The notes under the pieces: generated by a model | The model's input: the letters and a program-made list of their open reading frames with translations, nothing else | Database searches by the model: none | Told to the model about the DNA's origin: nothing | Source of the DNA: a virus | Taxonomy: Duplodnaviria > Caudoviricetes | Strand: one strand, 5' to 3' | Length of the DNA: 41,024 nt | IMG/VR virus record: IMGVR_UViG_3300033402_000780 | Span: 1 to 41,024 of that record | Translations under genes and position numbers: made by a program | Shown here: piece by piece, positions 1 to 8,071 of the stretch | Numbering within the stretch: the stretch's first letter is position 1 | Layout of the letters: each line of letters opens with the position of its first letter

Positions 1-363
1 GTCTGAACCTCACATACAGAACAGAACCTGCGCTCCGCGGTTAATCTCAAACTTGTACAAGATACTACCCGGTTCTCCTGTGAAAAATCTTCCCAATCGC
101 TGCCAGAGAAAGTATTTCTCAATTTACCAGCCCTATTCTGTCAATGAATATTCGGGCCAGAGTTGCGGATTGTTGTTCCGCTTGGGCTCACAGCCGCTCA
201 GAGTCTTGCGCTTCTGCCGGCTGCCTCTACTCCAGTTGTGACATGAAAAGGCCCGCGTTCCTTCGGTAAAGAATTCCTCAGCTTCGGAAGCTGACACTGA
301 GCGGTGGATTCAGGCAGAGGAATTTTCGGTCGGTGCTCGAAGGTCTGAGAGGGGCTGCTCATG

Positions 364-393
364 GGCTATCTCCTGATTTCTCACAAGATAGCC
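364..393 (-). terminator. Hairpin downstream of the displaced tRNA 3' end (probable host tRNA terminator)
   Basis: GGCTATCT (364-371) pairs with AGATAGCC (386-393), directly after the CCA end. Confidence 0.5.
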
Positions 394-398
394 AGATC

Positions 399-454
399 TG
401 GTGGGCGAGGCGGGGATTGAACCCACAACCCCCGGCTTAGAAGGCCGGGGGTTG
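399..454 (-). other. Prophage att site: displaced 3' half of tRNA-Arg(UCU), core probably in the anticodon loop
   Basis: Minus strand reads CCGGC-CTTCTAA-GCCGG-GGGTT-GTGGG-TTCAATC-CCCGC-CTCGCCC-ACCA with no intact 5' half; perfect 11-bp inverted repeat (426-436 / 444-454) around the 7-bp loop. Confidence 0.85.
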
Positions 455-624
455 AACCCTAGTCAGCCGGTGCTCTAAACACCGTCTGCGCCTCTTGGCA
501 ATACATTCTGAATTTAGGTCCAACTGTTGTACAGAATTGGGCTTCCGCCCGATTTCTGTCTTTCAGGATGGCACGCCCCTGCTGTGTGTGAATGTGACGG
601 GGGGCACAGGGTATTGTGACAGTT

Positions 625-804
625 TTATGCTGGTTTCTTCGGGTTTCTTTGGGTTTCTTCCTGGGGTTTCAACTCGGAATCACAGGTAGTCCTAATGCAG
701 TAACGTATCGCGTTCGTTCGATCGAACCCATACTTGGCCGCCAACTTGTCCAAGTCTTTCAGCATGGGCATGGCCAGCCCCAGGTTAATTCTCGTAAGTC
801 CCAT
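625..804 (-). CDS. Ribbon-helix-helix (CopG/Arc-like) regulator, divergent from the integrase
   Basis: TRINLGL..MLKDLDKLAAKYGFDRTNAIRYCI fits the RHH pattern; TACGAT -10 lies 6 nt before ATG 804 (leaderless). Confidence 0.7.
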   Translation of the reverse strand: MGLTRINLGLAMPMLKDLDKLAAKYGFDRTNAIRYCIRTTCDSELKPQEETQRNPKKPA

Positions 805-913
805 CAAGTCATCGTAGAAGCGTCTGGATGCACGCGCGGGCGTTACCAATGTGCATTTGCGACGCGCAAACGTGCCTCGGGTCACACCTGTTTGACAAGG
901 GGGGCGGCCTAGA

Positions 914-2098
914 ATGACGCGTATTCCAAAAAATTCATTGAAGAGCACACCGGCCAGCGCGGTGGCCCGCAAAATCAGGCTACAACACACCGCTGACCAC
1001 CATAACTGTCCTGCGTGTATCGAGGCTAACTTGCTTTTGATTCAGATCGATTCAGATTTTTCTCGGTTGCCTTTCAGTCAAGCGTCCACGCTTTGGATGG
1101 TCATACGGAGACAACGCCGGAACCTCAAGCCGCGCACCCACGAATCCAATCAAGGGTACATAGACGCACTGGAGAAGTTTTTCAGTGCGATCCGTCTTTG
1201 CGACATCACCCCAGGTCATTTGCGTGAGTATCAGCTTGCGCGGGCAACCAACACCCTCCCCGTCAACGGACGTGAGGAGCATCCATGGACGCGCGCCGCC
1301 GGGCATTCGATCATCAACCATGAAATCTCCGCGCTGGGCCAAATCCTCAAGCACTGCAAATTGTGGGAGAAGATCAAACCCTACTATTCGGCGGAGGGCA
1401 TTCCGAAGTGGAGCCCGCGCGACATTCTTTCAGAAGAGGATGAGGAGGACTTGTTCAGTAAAGCGGCAAGCCATCCCGAGGCCGCGCTTGCCTACTGGGT
1501 CGCGTGCATCACCAACAACACGACGGCGGCCGGCTGTGAGTTGCGCGGCTTGCGGCTCAAGAACATCTTTCTACGGGATAGCAAAGACATCTCCGAAATC
1601 TACATCCCGGAAGATGCGGTCAAAAACAACTCGCGGCCCCGCAAGATTGCGTTGAACCGTACGGCGCGGTGGGCAGTTGAGCAGTGCTACAAACGTGCGC
1701 TGGAGATTGGATCGACGCATCCGGATCACTACTTGTTCCCCTTCCGCCTCAACCGGGTGAAGAAAGGCGAGCGCGCATCCGTAGGAAATGCCAAGTACGA
1801 TCCGTCGCGGCCGGCAACGCGGTGGTTTCTGCGCAAGAGTTGGGATAAGCTGCGCACGGCCACGGGATTCATTCACCTCAACCCGCACGACCTCCGGCAT
1901 CAGTGCATCACGCGGCTCTTGGAAAACGGCGTGGAGCCGGAGACGGTGCGGGCCATTGCCGGCCATGTGACAGAGCAAATGATGCAGTATTACAGCCATC
2001 ACCGCCGGCAAACGAAATACGACGCGGTGATGGCCATTGAACTCAACAAAGAGGACCGCATCAAACCGGGGCCGCGCATGGTGCGCAAATCCGCATAA
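914..2098 (+). CDS. Tyrosine recombinase/integrase (int1) with atypical box I
   Basis: HDLRH, AGH and YYSH motifs; adjacent to the att site; box I reads TTAAGCEL; start codon uncertain. Confidence 0.9.
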   Translation: MTRIPKNSLKSTPASAVARKIRLQHTADHHNCPACIEANLLLIQIDSDFSRLPFSQASTLWMVIRRQRRNLKPRTHESNQGYIDALEKFFSAIRLCDITPGHLREYQLARATNTLPVNGREEHPWTRAAGHSIINHEISALGQILKHCKLWEKIKPYYSAEGIPKWSPRDILSEEDEEDLFSKAASHPEAALAYWVACITNNTTAAGCELRGLRLKNIFLRDSKDISEIYIPEDAVKNNSRPRKIALNRTARWAVEQCYKRALEIGSTHPDHYLFPFRLNRVKKGERASVGNAKYDPSRPATRWFLRKSWDKLRTATGFIHLNPHDLRHQCITRLLENGVEPETVRAIAGHVTEQMMQYYSHHRRQTKYDAVMAIELNKEDRIKPGPRMVRKSA

Positions 2099-2124
2099 GC
2101 GAGACACTCAAGACAGGAGAAACA

Positions 2125-2436
2125 ATGAGACGCAAGACAATGGAATTTCCTTTGAACAACGAACGCATCGAAACCGGCCCGGTACGCTTTGGGGAAGACT
2201 GGCCAGGTGTATTCGTTCGCGGCGACGACGCAATCATGTTTGCGGTAGTGCTGAAAAAGTTCCTTCGATCCAAGGAGTTTGATGAGCAGAGCATAGAAGA
2301 GGCCGGCCAACGGCTGGAGTTGCGCCGCCTGACCGACCTCTTGAATTCGTGCTTTGTCAAGCGCGACCCGCGCCTTGCGGGCCACATCACGCCGGAGACG
2401 GCACAGCACTACAACGCTCAACAACCACAGGTGTAA
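2125..2436 (+). CDS. Hypothetical phage protein
   Basis: AGGAG SD before the ATG; follows int1 on the same strand. Confidence 0.7.
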   Translation: MRRKTMEFPLNNERIETGPVRFGEDWPGVFVRGDDAIMFAVVLKKFLRSKEFDEQSIEEAGQRLELRRLTDLLNSCFVKRDPRLAGHITPETAQHYNAQQPQV

Positions 2437-2442
2437 CCGAAC

Positions 2443-2477
2443 GGGCGCGCTGTCTCCGGATCGGCGGCGGCGCGCTC
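2443..2477. terminator. GC-rich hairpin between convergent genes
   Basis: GGGCGCGC...GCGCGCTC stem between the stops at 2436 and 2477. Confidence 0.45.
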
Positions 2478-2809
2478 TAGGTAGACTCGTCTTCCAGCCC
2501 GGCGAAATAGAACTCCATCATAGCGTTGAAGGCCACGGCCGCGAGTTGATGCTTGCGGGTTTGGAAGTGATCGTGCGGTAAGCCGGCCAGGTATTCGGCG
2601 AAGTGGTTCAACGCATGGTTTGCGATCACCTCTGAATCCGTACGCGCCAGGCTCCCGCGCGATTTGTCTCCAGCCAGGGCGCGTTGGTGGAAACTATCCT
2701 TCCCGTACTTCTCGTTCCCATACTTGCCGATTTCGTTCATCGCCTCAAGGAACTTGGCGTTGAGGAATTGGTGTTGCGTAACGGTGCTCTCAAGCACAGC
2801 TTGACTCAT
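2477..2809 (-). CDS. DUF5664-like dATP/dGTP diphosphohydrolase-domain protein
   Basis: YGNEKYG...ALNHF...HQLAAVAFNAMM pattern; GGGGAG SD before ATG 2809. Confidence 0.7.
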   Translation of the reverse strand: MSQAVLESTVTQHQFLNAKFLEAMNEIGKYGNEKYGKDSFHQRALAGDKSRGSLARTDSEVIANHALNHFAEYLAGLPHDHFQTRKHQLAAVAFNAMMEFYFAGLEDEST

Positions 2810-2828
2810 GCTCTCCCCTTCTTTGATT

Positions 2829-2846
2829 TTGTATCGTACGAAACAA
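2829..2846. promoter_or_regulatory. 18-bp palindromic operator, copy 1
   Basis: TTGTATCGTACGAAACAA, one mismatch from a perfect palindrome; second copy at 28658-28675. Confidence 0.65.
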
Positions 2847-2856
2847 CACAACACAT

Positions 2857-4155
2857 TTACTTACCCGATCCGCTCATCTGGCCGGGCAATATCGAGTAGG
2901 TTGCGCCGCCTATCAGTGCCTCTGTCTTTGACCACACAAAAGCCTCGGCCGCGCGGATGGATTGGTACATGTTCTCCGCACTCCAGGCGCATGGAGGCCG
3001 GAGCGATGGCAGGATGCGCACGGTGCAGCCGGGCTGCTCAATCAGCCTCCTTTGGTGCTTGTCTCCGCTGTGCGTTTCGCGCCAGTGCGTACGGCCCCAC
3101 ATGGCGGGCTGTTCGGCGGCCATCGTCTTGCCGTAGTCTTCGAGCTTGCCGGCGTTGCCGTGCAAGAGCATGAGCATGTTGACGCCGTGCTCCCACCACT
3201 TGCGCATCGTGGGCGCGTTGTCAATGGTCACGCGGGGATTGTTGCGATACCACGCGGCCAGCTCTTCGCCCAGATGCCATGCGGCCAACGGATCGTGATT
3301 GCCGCGCACCACGGGAACGTGGACGCGGAGGCCACGGGCCAACATCTGATCGATAGCCCACTTGGTGGCATCGCGCGAAATCGAATAGACCTTCTCATAG
3401 CGCGTGTCCATCGATTGCGAGGTGCCCTTTTCGGTTGTGCCGGCGCGGTTGTCTGCGTTCTGCTGATCGTTGCCGATCACAAAGAGCGCGCCCTCGGGAT
3501 TGAATGAGGCGGTGCGATCCAAGAGGCTAGAGAGCGCCTGGCCCCAGCAACGCTTGGCAATGGCGCAATCGTAATCGTCCTGGCCGGTTTCCTTTGCCCA
3601 TATCAGCGCGCCGAAATGGTGATCGTAGAGGGATGGCTCAACCCACACGCCGGAGCTGTACTGGGAGCGCATCCGCACGATATGCGGGAACTTGGGGGAG
3701 TAGCGCGCGGCCTCTGTCTTGAACCGCTCGACCTCATCCTTGAGGCGCTGCACTTCCACTTTCTTTTTGAGCCAGACCTTGATCTGATACAGCGGCTCCA
3801 CGATGATTCCCCGGAGCTTGCCGTCGCGCTTATCCGCCGCGCCCACTTCCCACTTATTGCAGACGTACCGCTCAACTTCCCATACGTCCCGATCCACCTC
3901 GCAGAACTTCAACAGCTCATCCAATGTGTGGATGCGCGTCTTTGGCATCGAAATGACGCGGCTGTCTTTGCTCATGTCATCGGTGACGGTCTGCGCGGGC
4001 TTGGCCTCGACGCGCGGGCGCTTGGCGTCCTCCGGCATGTAGCGGAGCACGGTGGTATCGTGATGGCCCACTAGCTTGGCAATCTGACGAGACGACTTAC
4101 CCTCACGGGCCAGACGTTCAATCTTGCGGCGCGCGCTTGCGGAGACGGTTGGCAT
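2857..4155 (-). CDS. N-terminal HTH plus calcineurin-like metallophosphoesterase
   Basis: DHHFG, GND, GNHD, HGN and GDKH motifs; HTH SSRQIAKLVG; TGATG coupling to the upstream gene. Confidence 0.8.
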   Translation of the reverse strand: MPTVSASARRKIERLAREGKSSRQIAKLVGHHDTTVLRYMPEDAKRPRVEAKPAQTVTDDMSKDSRVISMPKTRIHTLDELLKFCEVDRDVWEVERYVCNKWEVGAADKRDGKLRGIIVEPLYQIKVWLKKKVEVQRLKDEVERFKTEAARYSPKFPHIVRMRSQYSSGVWVEPSLYDHHFGALIWAKETGQDDYDCAIAKRCWGQALSSLLDRTASFNPEGALFVIGNDQQNADNRAGTTEKGTSQSMDTRYEKVYSISRDATKWAIDQMLARGLRVHVPVVRGNHDPLAAWHLGEELAAWYRNNPRVTIDNAPTMRKWWEHGVNMLMLLHGNAGKLEDYGKTMAAEQPAMWGRTHWRETHSGDKHQRRLIEQPGCTVRILPSLRPPCAWSAENMYQSIRAAEAFVWSKTEALIGGATYSILPGQMSGSGK

Positions 4156-4448
4156 CAGTGCCTCACGATGGTGACGATGTGATAGACCAGATCGGCGCTC
4201 ACAGCCACCACGGCGGCAATGCGCAGAATCATCCACCACGCGCCGGCTCCGCGCTGTTTCAGGGCTTCGAGACTGTCGATCCGTTGCTCGTGATCGTCAA
4301 CCTGCATTTCAAGCCGTGGCACGCGGCCGTGCGAGTTTTCGGCGGTCGCATCGCCGAACAGCTTGGTAAGTGTGTCGCGAAGATCGCCGCGCATACCGCG
4401 CACCTCGTTCGTCAATTCATGGATGGCGGTAGTGTCATCGAAAGACAT
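4155..4448 (-). CDS. Putative holin (coiled coil plus C-terminal TM helix)
   Basis: Position in the lysis cassette; hydrophobic WWMILRIAAVVAV segment; AGGGAG SD. Confidence 0.55.
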   Translation of the reverse strand: MSFDDTTAIHELTNEVRGMRGDLRDTLTKLFGDATAENSHGRVPRLEMQVDDHEQRIDSLEALKQRGAGAWWMILRIAAVVAVSADLVYHIVTIVRH

Positions 4449-4460
4449 GGCATAACTCCC

Positions 4461-4503
4461 TAAGTTCACTATGCCTACAAATGCAAAGGCCCCGCGAGTT
4501 AGC
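4461..4503 (-). promoter_or_regulatory. Late-promoter motif copy (holin unit)
   Basis: AACTCGCG-N19-CATAGT-N5-TA, same spacing as the other copies. Confidence 0.6.
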
Positions 4504-4512
4504 GGAGCCTTT
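4485..4512. terminator. Intrinsic terminator overlapping the promoter motif
   Basis: AAAGGCCCCGC-GAGTTA-GCGGAGCCTTT. Confidence 0.6.
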
Positions 4513-4532
4513 GGGTTGTGAATGATGCGAAC

Positions 4533-4898
4533 TTACTGAATGTCCGCCTTGACTTCGGCGTACAGGGACTCCACGAGCGGAATGAACGTGCTCTTGAAGT
4601 AGTTGAAGAATGCCTCGGCGTCTGCAAGGGCCTTGGCATCGTCGGCAAGGTTGATGCCCTTTTCTGCCGTGGCCGTGGCGACGTCGCCAATCACGCCGGT
4701 GGCCTGTTTCACAAGGCCCAGCACGGCCGTCTTGACTTCCGGCGAATCCTTGACCGCTGAGGCAATCACCGCCTCAGCCTTGACACAGAACTCGATGGGG
4801 TGAACGATGGCAAACTCGACGGCCTTCTCGACGCCCTTGCCCACATCCTCGGCACCGACCTTGACATCGTGCCCGATAGTTTCAAAAACATTGCCCAT
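4533..4898 (-). CDS. Hypothetical lysis-region protein
   Basis: GGAAGG SD; lies between the endolysin and the putative holin. Confidence 0.65.
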   Translation of the reverse strand: MGNVFETIGHDVKVGAEDVGKGVEKAVEFAIVHPIEFCVKAEAVIASAVKDSPEVKTAVLGLVKQATGVIGDVATATAEKGINLADDAKALADAEAFFNYFKSTFIPLVESLYAEVKADIQ

Positions 4899-4945
4899 GC
4901 GAATAACCTTCCTTTGGCCTGTTGGCCGGTTGATGGTTGAGGTTG

Positions 4946-5392
4946 TTATTTTGCCGGGATATGCCCGGTCCAAAGTTGGTACTCCGCCGCGCGGCGTGTC
5001 TTGAGCGCGGCACACTCTTTTGCGCCGGCGTGATCCCATTGCAAGAGTTGGAGGGCAGCCGCATCCGATTGCCCCGCGTTCAAGTCTTTGAGCAGCGTGG
5101 AGCTTGCCAGCCGGCCTTGCCCTAGGTTGAAAACAAAATCAACCAGCGCATCGAACTGCCCTTGCGTGAGCGTGACCCGCGCCATGCGCGCAACAGCGCC
5201 CTCGGAGATGGCCACGTCGCGGCTCAGCATCACCGTGGCTTCCGCCTCGGTGATTCCGTTGGGATAGCTTTCGCCGGGCAACAGGCGGTGACCGTAGCCG
5301 ATGGTGGGAATGCCGGCAACGTCAAGGTATCGGCTGCCACGGAAGCCCTCGGATTGTTTCAACAGCGCAAGCCCAGCCGCACTCAGTTGCAT
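4946..5392 (-). CDS. Endolysin, GH24 phage lysozyme
   Basis: EG...YLDVAGIPTIGYGH, QFDALVDFVFNLG, RRAAE. Confidence 0.95.
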   Translation of the reverse strand: MQLSAAGLALLKQSEGFRGSRYLDVAGIPTIGYGHRLLPGESYPNGITEAEATVMLSRDVAISEGAVARMARVTLTQGQFDALVDFVFNLGQGRLASSTLLKDLNAGQSDAAALQLLQWDHAGAKECAALKTRRAAEYQLWTGHIPAK

Positions 5393-5403
5393 CGCTCAAC
5401 CTC

Positions 5404-5446
5404 TACGGTGAGTGTGGCGCGGATCACGAAAAGCGGGCCATTTTGG
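5404..5446 (-). promoter_or_regulatory. Late-promoter motif copy (endolysin)
   Basis: AAATGGCC-N19-CACACT-N5-TA. Confidence 0.5.
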
Positions 5447-5465
5447 GAGTAGTGGCGGCTGTCAC

Positions 5466-5494
5466 TCGACATCTAGCCGGTAACGAGTTAAGCT
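5466..5494 (+). promoter_or_regulatory. Sigma70-like promoter of the moron
   Basis: TCGACA-17-TAAGCT upstream of a GAGGTG SD. Confidence 0.5.
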
Positions 5495-5513
5495 CCGACC
5501 TTTGAGGTGAACG

Positions 5514-5957
5514 ATGAAGGGGATTCTTTTCGCATTCGTCTTGGTATTTGCCAATGTTGGCTATGCGCAGTCTTTGCCTGAATCCCCTACGCCGCGCCTT
5601 GACCGCGCGGAATGGGCGCTGCTGGCCACCGACGCGGCGGCGCGGGGCTTGGATGTCTACTCAACGCATTGGGCGGAATCGGCAGGCAATAAAGAGGGAA
5701 CGCTACCGGGATGGATTGCCAATCATCCGCCGGTGATGGCCCTCTACTCCGGCGGGATGGTTTACGCGCAATACTGGGTGGCGCGGAGGCTATCCGCACG
5801 CCACCATCGCAAGTTGGCCTTAGCGATGACGGCGGCGGATATATCGATCACGGCTCCCTTTGCGATTCATAACCTGTTCTTGCCTGTCTGCAAGGCCCCG
5901 GATGTGTATCTCGCGTCGGGTTGCCAGGCCCCCGTGCCCGGCGTGATCTACCGTTAG
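5514..5957 (+). CDS. Exported/membrane moron protein
   Basis: Signal peptide ending GYA|Q, hydrophobic helices, opposite strand to the late genes, own promoter and SD. Confidence 0.75.
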   Translation: MKGILFAFVLVFANVGYAQSLPESPTPRLDRAEWALLATDAAARGLDVYSTHWAESAGNKEGTLPGWIANHPPVMALYSGGMVYAQYWVARRLSARHHRKLALAMTAADISITAPFAIHNLFLPVCKAPDVYLASGCQAPVPGVIYR

Positions 5958-8071
5958 TAGATTTGTTGACAGGTGACGCGGGTTTCCGCTTTTACGGTGA
6001 AGGGATACCCGTTATTGTTGGCGTAAATCGCTATGGTATGCGCGCCCGTGGTTAACCCACTAACCGTCGCGGCGATTGGAAAGACATACCACGTGCTCAG
6101 CGTTGGAAATCGCGGGACGCAAGGATATGAACCCGCAAACACCCCATCCACATAAAAATAGACATTCACAGGGTTGTTGGCCGCGCCGGATGTCTGCTCT
6201 GCGGTGAGCGCTCCGAAAAAGTTGAACACATCGGCTCCCGAATGCACAGTTACTGGCCAGCTCAACCCCGGAATCAATGCGTTATCTGATCCCACAGCAA
6301 TGTTGTCCGATGATGGCTGCTTAAACATGGTCACAACGCGGTTGGCTGTGCTCAACTCCGTGCCGTCCGGAAAGAGCACCATGTTTGCGCTGAGAGTGCC
6401 CGTGGTGATGTTGCTGGCGTTGAGGTTGGTCACAGCAACATTGGCCGCGTTGAGCGTGCCGGTGGTAATCATGTTTGCTGTGATCGCTCCGGAAGCAATG
6501 TTCCCGGCTGTGACGCACCCTGCTGTGAGTGCGGCGGTTGTAACCGACCCTGCGGCCAGTTCACTTGCGGTGATGGCCCCCGCCGCAATCTGTGCGGCTG
6601 TGATGGTGTCCGCAGCAATGTTGGAGCCGGTGATTGTGGTCGCCGCGATGTTGCCGCCCGTGATGGTTGCAGCGGCGATGTTCGACGCCTGAATAGTGCC
6701 AGCCGCGATGTTGGCGGAGGTCACCGTACCGGCGGCGATCTGTCCGGCTGTGATCGTTTGAGCCGCGATCTGCGTTGCCGTGATAGCCCCAGCGGCAATG
6801 TTGGTGGCAGTGATCGTGTTGGCTGCAATCTGCCCGGTTGAAATTGAGCTTGCCCCGATGAAGGTGGAGACATTCGCCGGCATGATCGGGTTGGCGGCGC
6901 TGATTGAGGGCGGTGCCCATCCGCCCAGCGTGTCTCCCTGCTGTACCTGCACACACGAAAAGTCCAGGTTGACGCCGCTCGGCATGTTGCCTGTGACCGT
7001 AAAGAAGCCGTTTGCGTCGATAGCATTGTTGCCAAAGTTGATGAGAACGGCGTAACGCTGCCATGAGGTCGTGAGCACCGGGCTTTGGAGCCAAGTCACC
7101 ACGGCAGGACCGCGATTCCACGCGTCCCTTATATTGAGAGCGTTGGGGTTGGTCGATGCTCTGGCGTAGAAACTGAGGACATAGTTAGTGTTTGCCACAT
7201 ACCCGCCGAACGCTGAACCGGCGCTCAAATAAAAGCCGAAAGTGTTTGTTACTGCGGCGTTTGTAGTCAGCCGCCAATAGTTCGCCGTCCCGATTGCGCC
7301 TCCGGCGGCAACTGTTGGAGTGATCGAGATGCCTCCGTTGTTATAAATATTGAAGTTGGTGGGCACCCCTCCGCTGCTGACCATAAAGTCGCTGTTGGCG
7401 CACTGGTTGCTTGAGCCAACCGCTCCTGTAATCTGTGACGCGGCCAAGCTGGCAACCTGCGCGGCGGCCAACGTTCCGCTAATGTTGGCCGCCGCTACGG
7501 TTGAGGCTGTCCATGTACTCCCGGCGCTTATGTAAAGGTGACCGTCTGCGGTGTTCCAAACTATGCGCCCGGCTGGATAGGCTGCATTTGGCAGGGTTGG
7601 AAGGCTGGACACTTGGACAGGCGCGGAGGCGAGTGCTTGGGCGACTGCTGTAGAAATGGCCGCCGCTTGGGCAGCCGCCGCTTGGGAAGCCGATACAGAC
7701 GACTGCAACGCCGTGCGCTGGGTTGCCACCTGTGCCCACAGGTTGGCCAGCGATGTTTGTATGCCGGGCCACGGGCCGCTCGTGGTGCCATCCGGCCAGG
7801 TGGTTGCCCAGTTCGACGGCGCGCCGGCATTGATAAGCGCCGTGCTGATAGCGGCGACGGCGTTGTCATAGAAAGTGCTGGACACTCTCCATGTTGAGGC
7901 CAGCGTATCCAGAGAGGTTTTCATTGCCAACTCGGCGGTGTATTGCGCCATCAGGTTTATCTTGTCTTGATTCGACAGATAGTTGACGTTCTCCGGATCG
8001 CTTCCAATCGTGGTGGTTGACGGCACCAAACTGATCGAGCTTCCTGTTTCAGTCCAAGGCGAATTAGGCAT
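5954..8071 (-). CDS. Tail fibre / receptor-binding protein with CBM-like domain and decapeptide repeats
   Basis: Follows gpJ; NQCANSDF...YVLSFYAR...WQRY CBM-like segment; ITAxxIAAxx repeats; AGGAG SD at ATG 8071. Confidence 0.85.
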   Translation of the reverse strand: MPNSPWTETGSSISLVPSTTTIGSDPENVNYLSNQDKINLMAQYTAELAMKTSLDTLASTWRVSSTFYDNAVAAISTALINAGAPSNWATTWPDGTTSGPWPGIQTSLANLWAQVATQRTALQSSVSASQAAAAQAAAISTAVAQALASAPVQVSSLPTLPNAAYPAGRIVWNTADGHLYISAGSTWTASTVAAANISGTLAAAQVASLAASQITGAVGSSNQCANSDFMVSSGGVPTNFNIYNNGGISITPTVAAGGAIGTANYWRLTTNAAVTNTFGFYLSAGSAFGGYVANTNYVLSFYARASTNPNALNIRDAWNRGPAVVTWLQSPVLTTSWQRYAVLINFGNNAIDANGFFTVTGNMPSGVNLDFSCVQVQQGDTLGGWAPPSISAANPIMPANVSTFIGASSISTGQIAANTITATNIAAGAITATQIAAQTITAGQIAAGTVTSANIAAGTIQASNIAAATITGGNIAATTITGSNIAADTITAAQIAAGAITASELAAGSVTTAALTAGCVTAGNIASGAITANMITTGTLNAANVAVTNLNASNITTGTLSANMVLFPDGTELSTANRVVTMFKQPSSDNIAVGSDNALIPGLSWPVTVHSGADVFNFFGALTAEQTSGAANNPVNVYFYVDGVFAGSYPCVPRFPTLSTWYVFPIAATVSGLTTGAHTIAIYANNNGYPFTVKAETRVTCQQIY
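6380..6850 (-). repeat. Degenerate 30-bp coding repeat (ITAxxIAAGT-like, about 14-15 units)
   Basis: Visible periodicity in the tail fibre protein; boundaries approximate. Confidence 0.8.

Noticed and set aside
1-362. Short ORFs in the host-side flank
   Set aside because: No motifs or convincing translation signals
399-500. Intact or intron-containing tRNA at the left end
   Set aside because: No 5' acceptor strand (GGGCGAG) or D-stem 5' strand upstream; best read as an att fragment
892-915. TTGACA and TAGAAT as the int1 promoter
   Set aside because: Spacing is only 12 nt and TAGAAT overlaps the annotated ATG; could not be resolved
6380-6850. 30-bp periodicity as a CRISPR array
   Set aside because: Degenerate in-frame coding repeats with no spacers and no cas genes
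5954-8071. Diversity-generating retroelement or shufflon acting on the tail fibre
   Set aside because: No reverse transcriptase, no template/variable repeat pair and no alternative C-terminal cassettes seen
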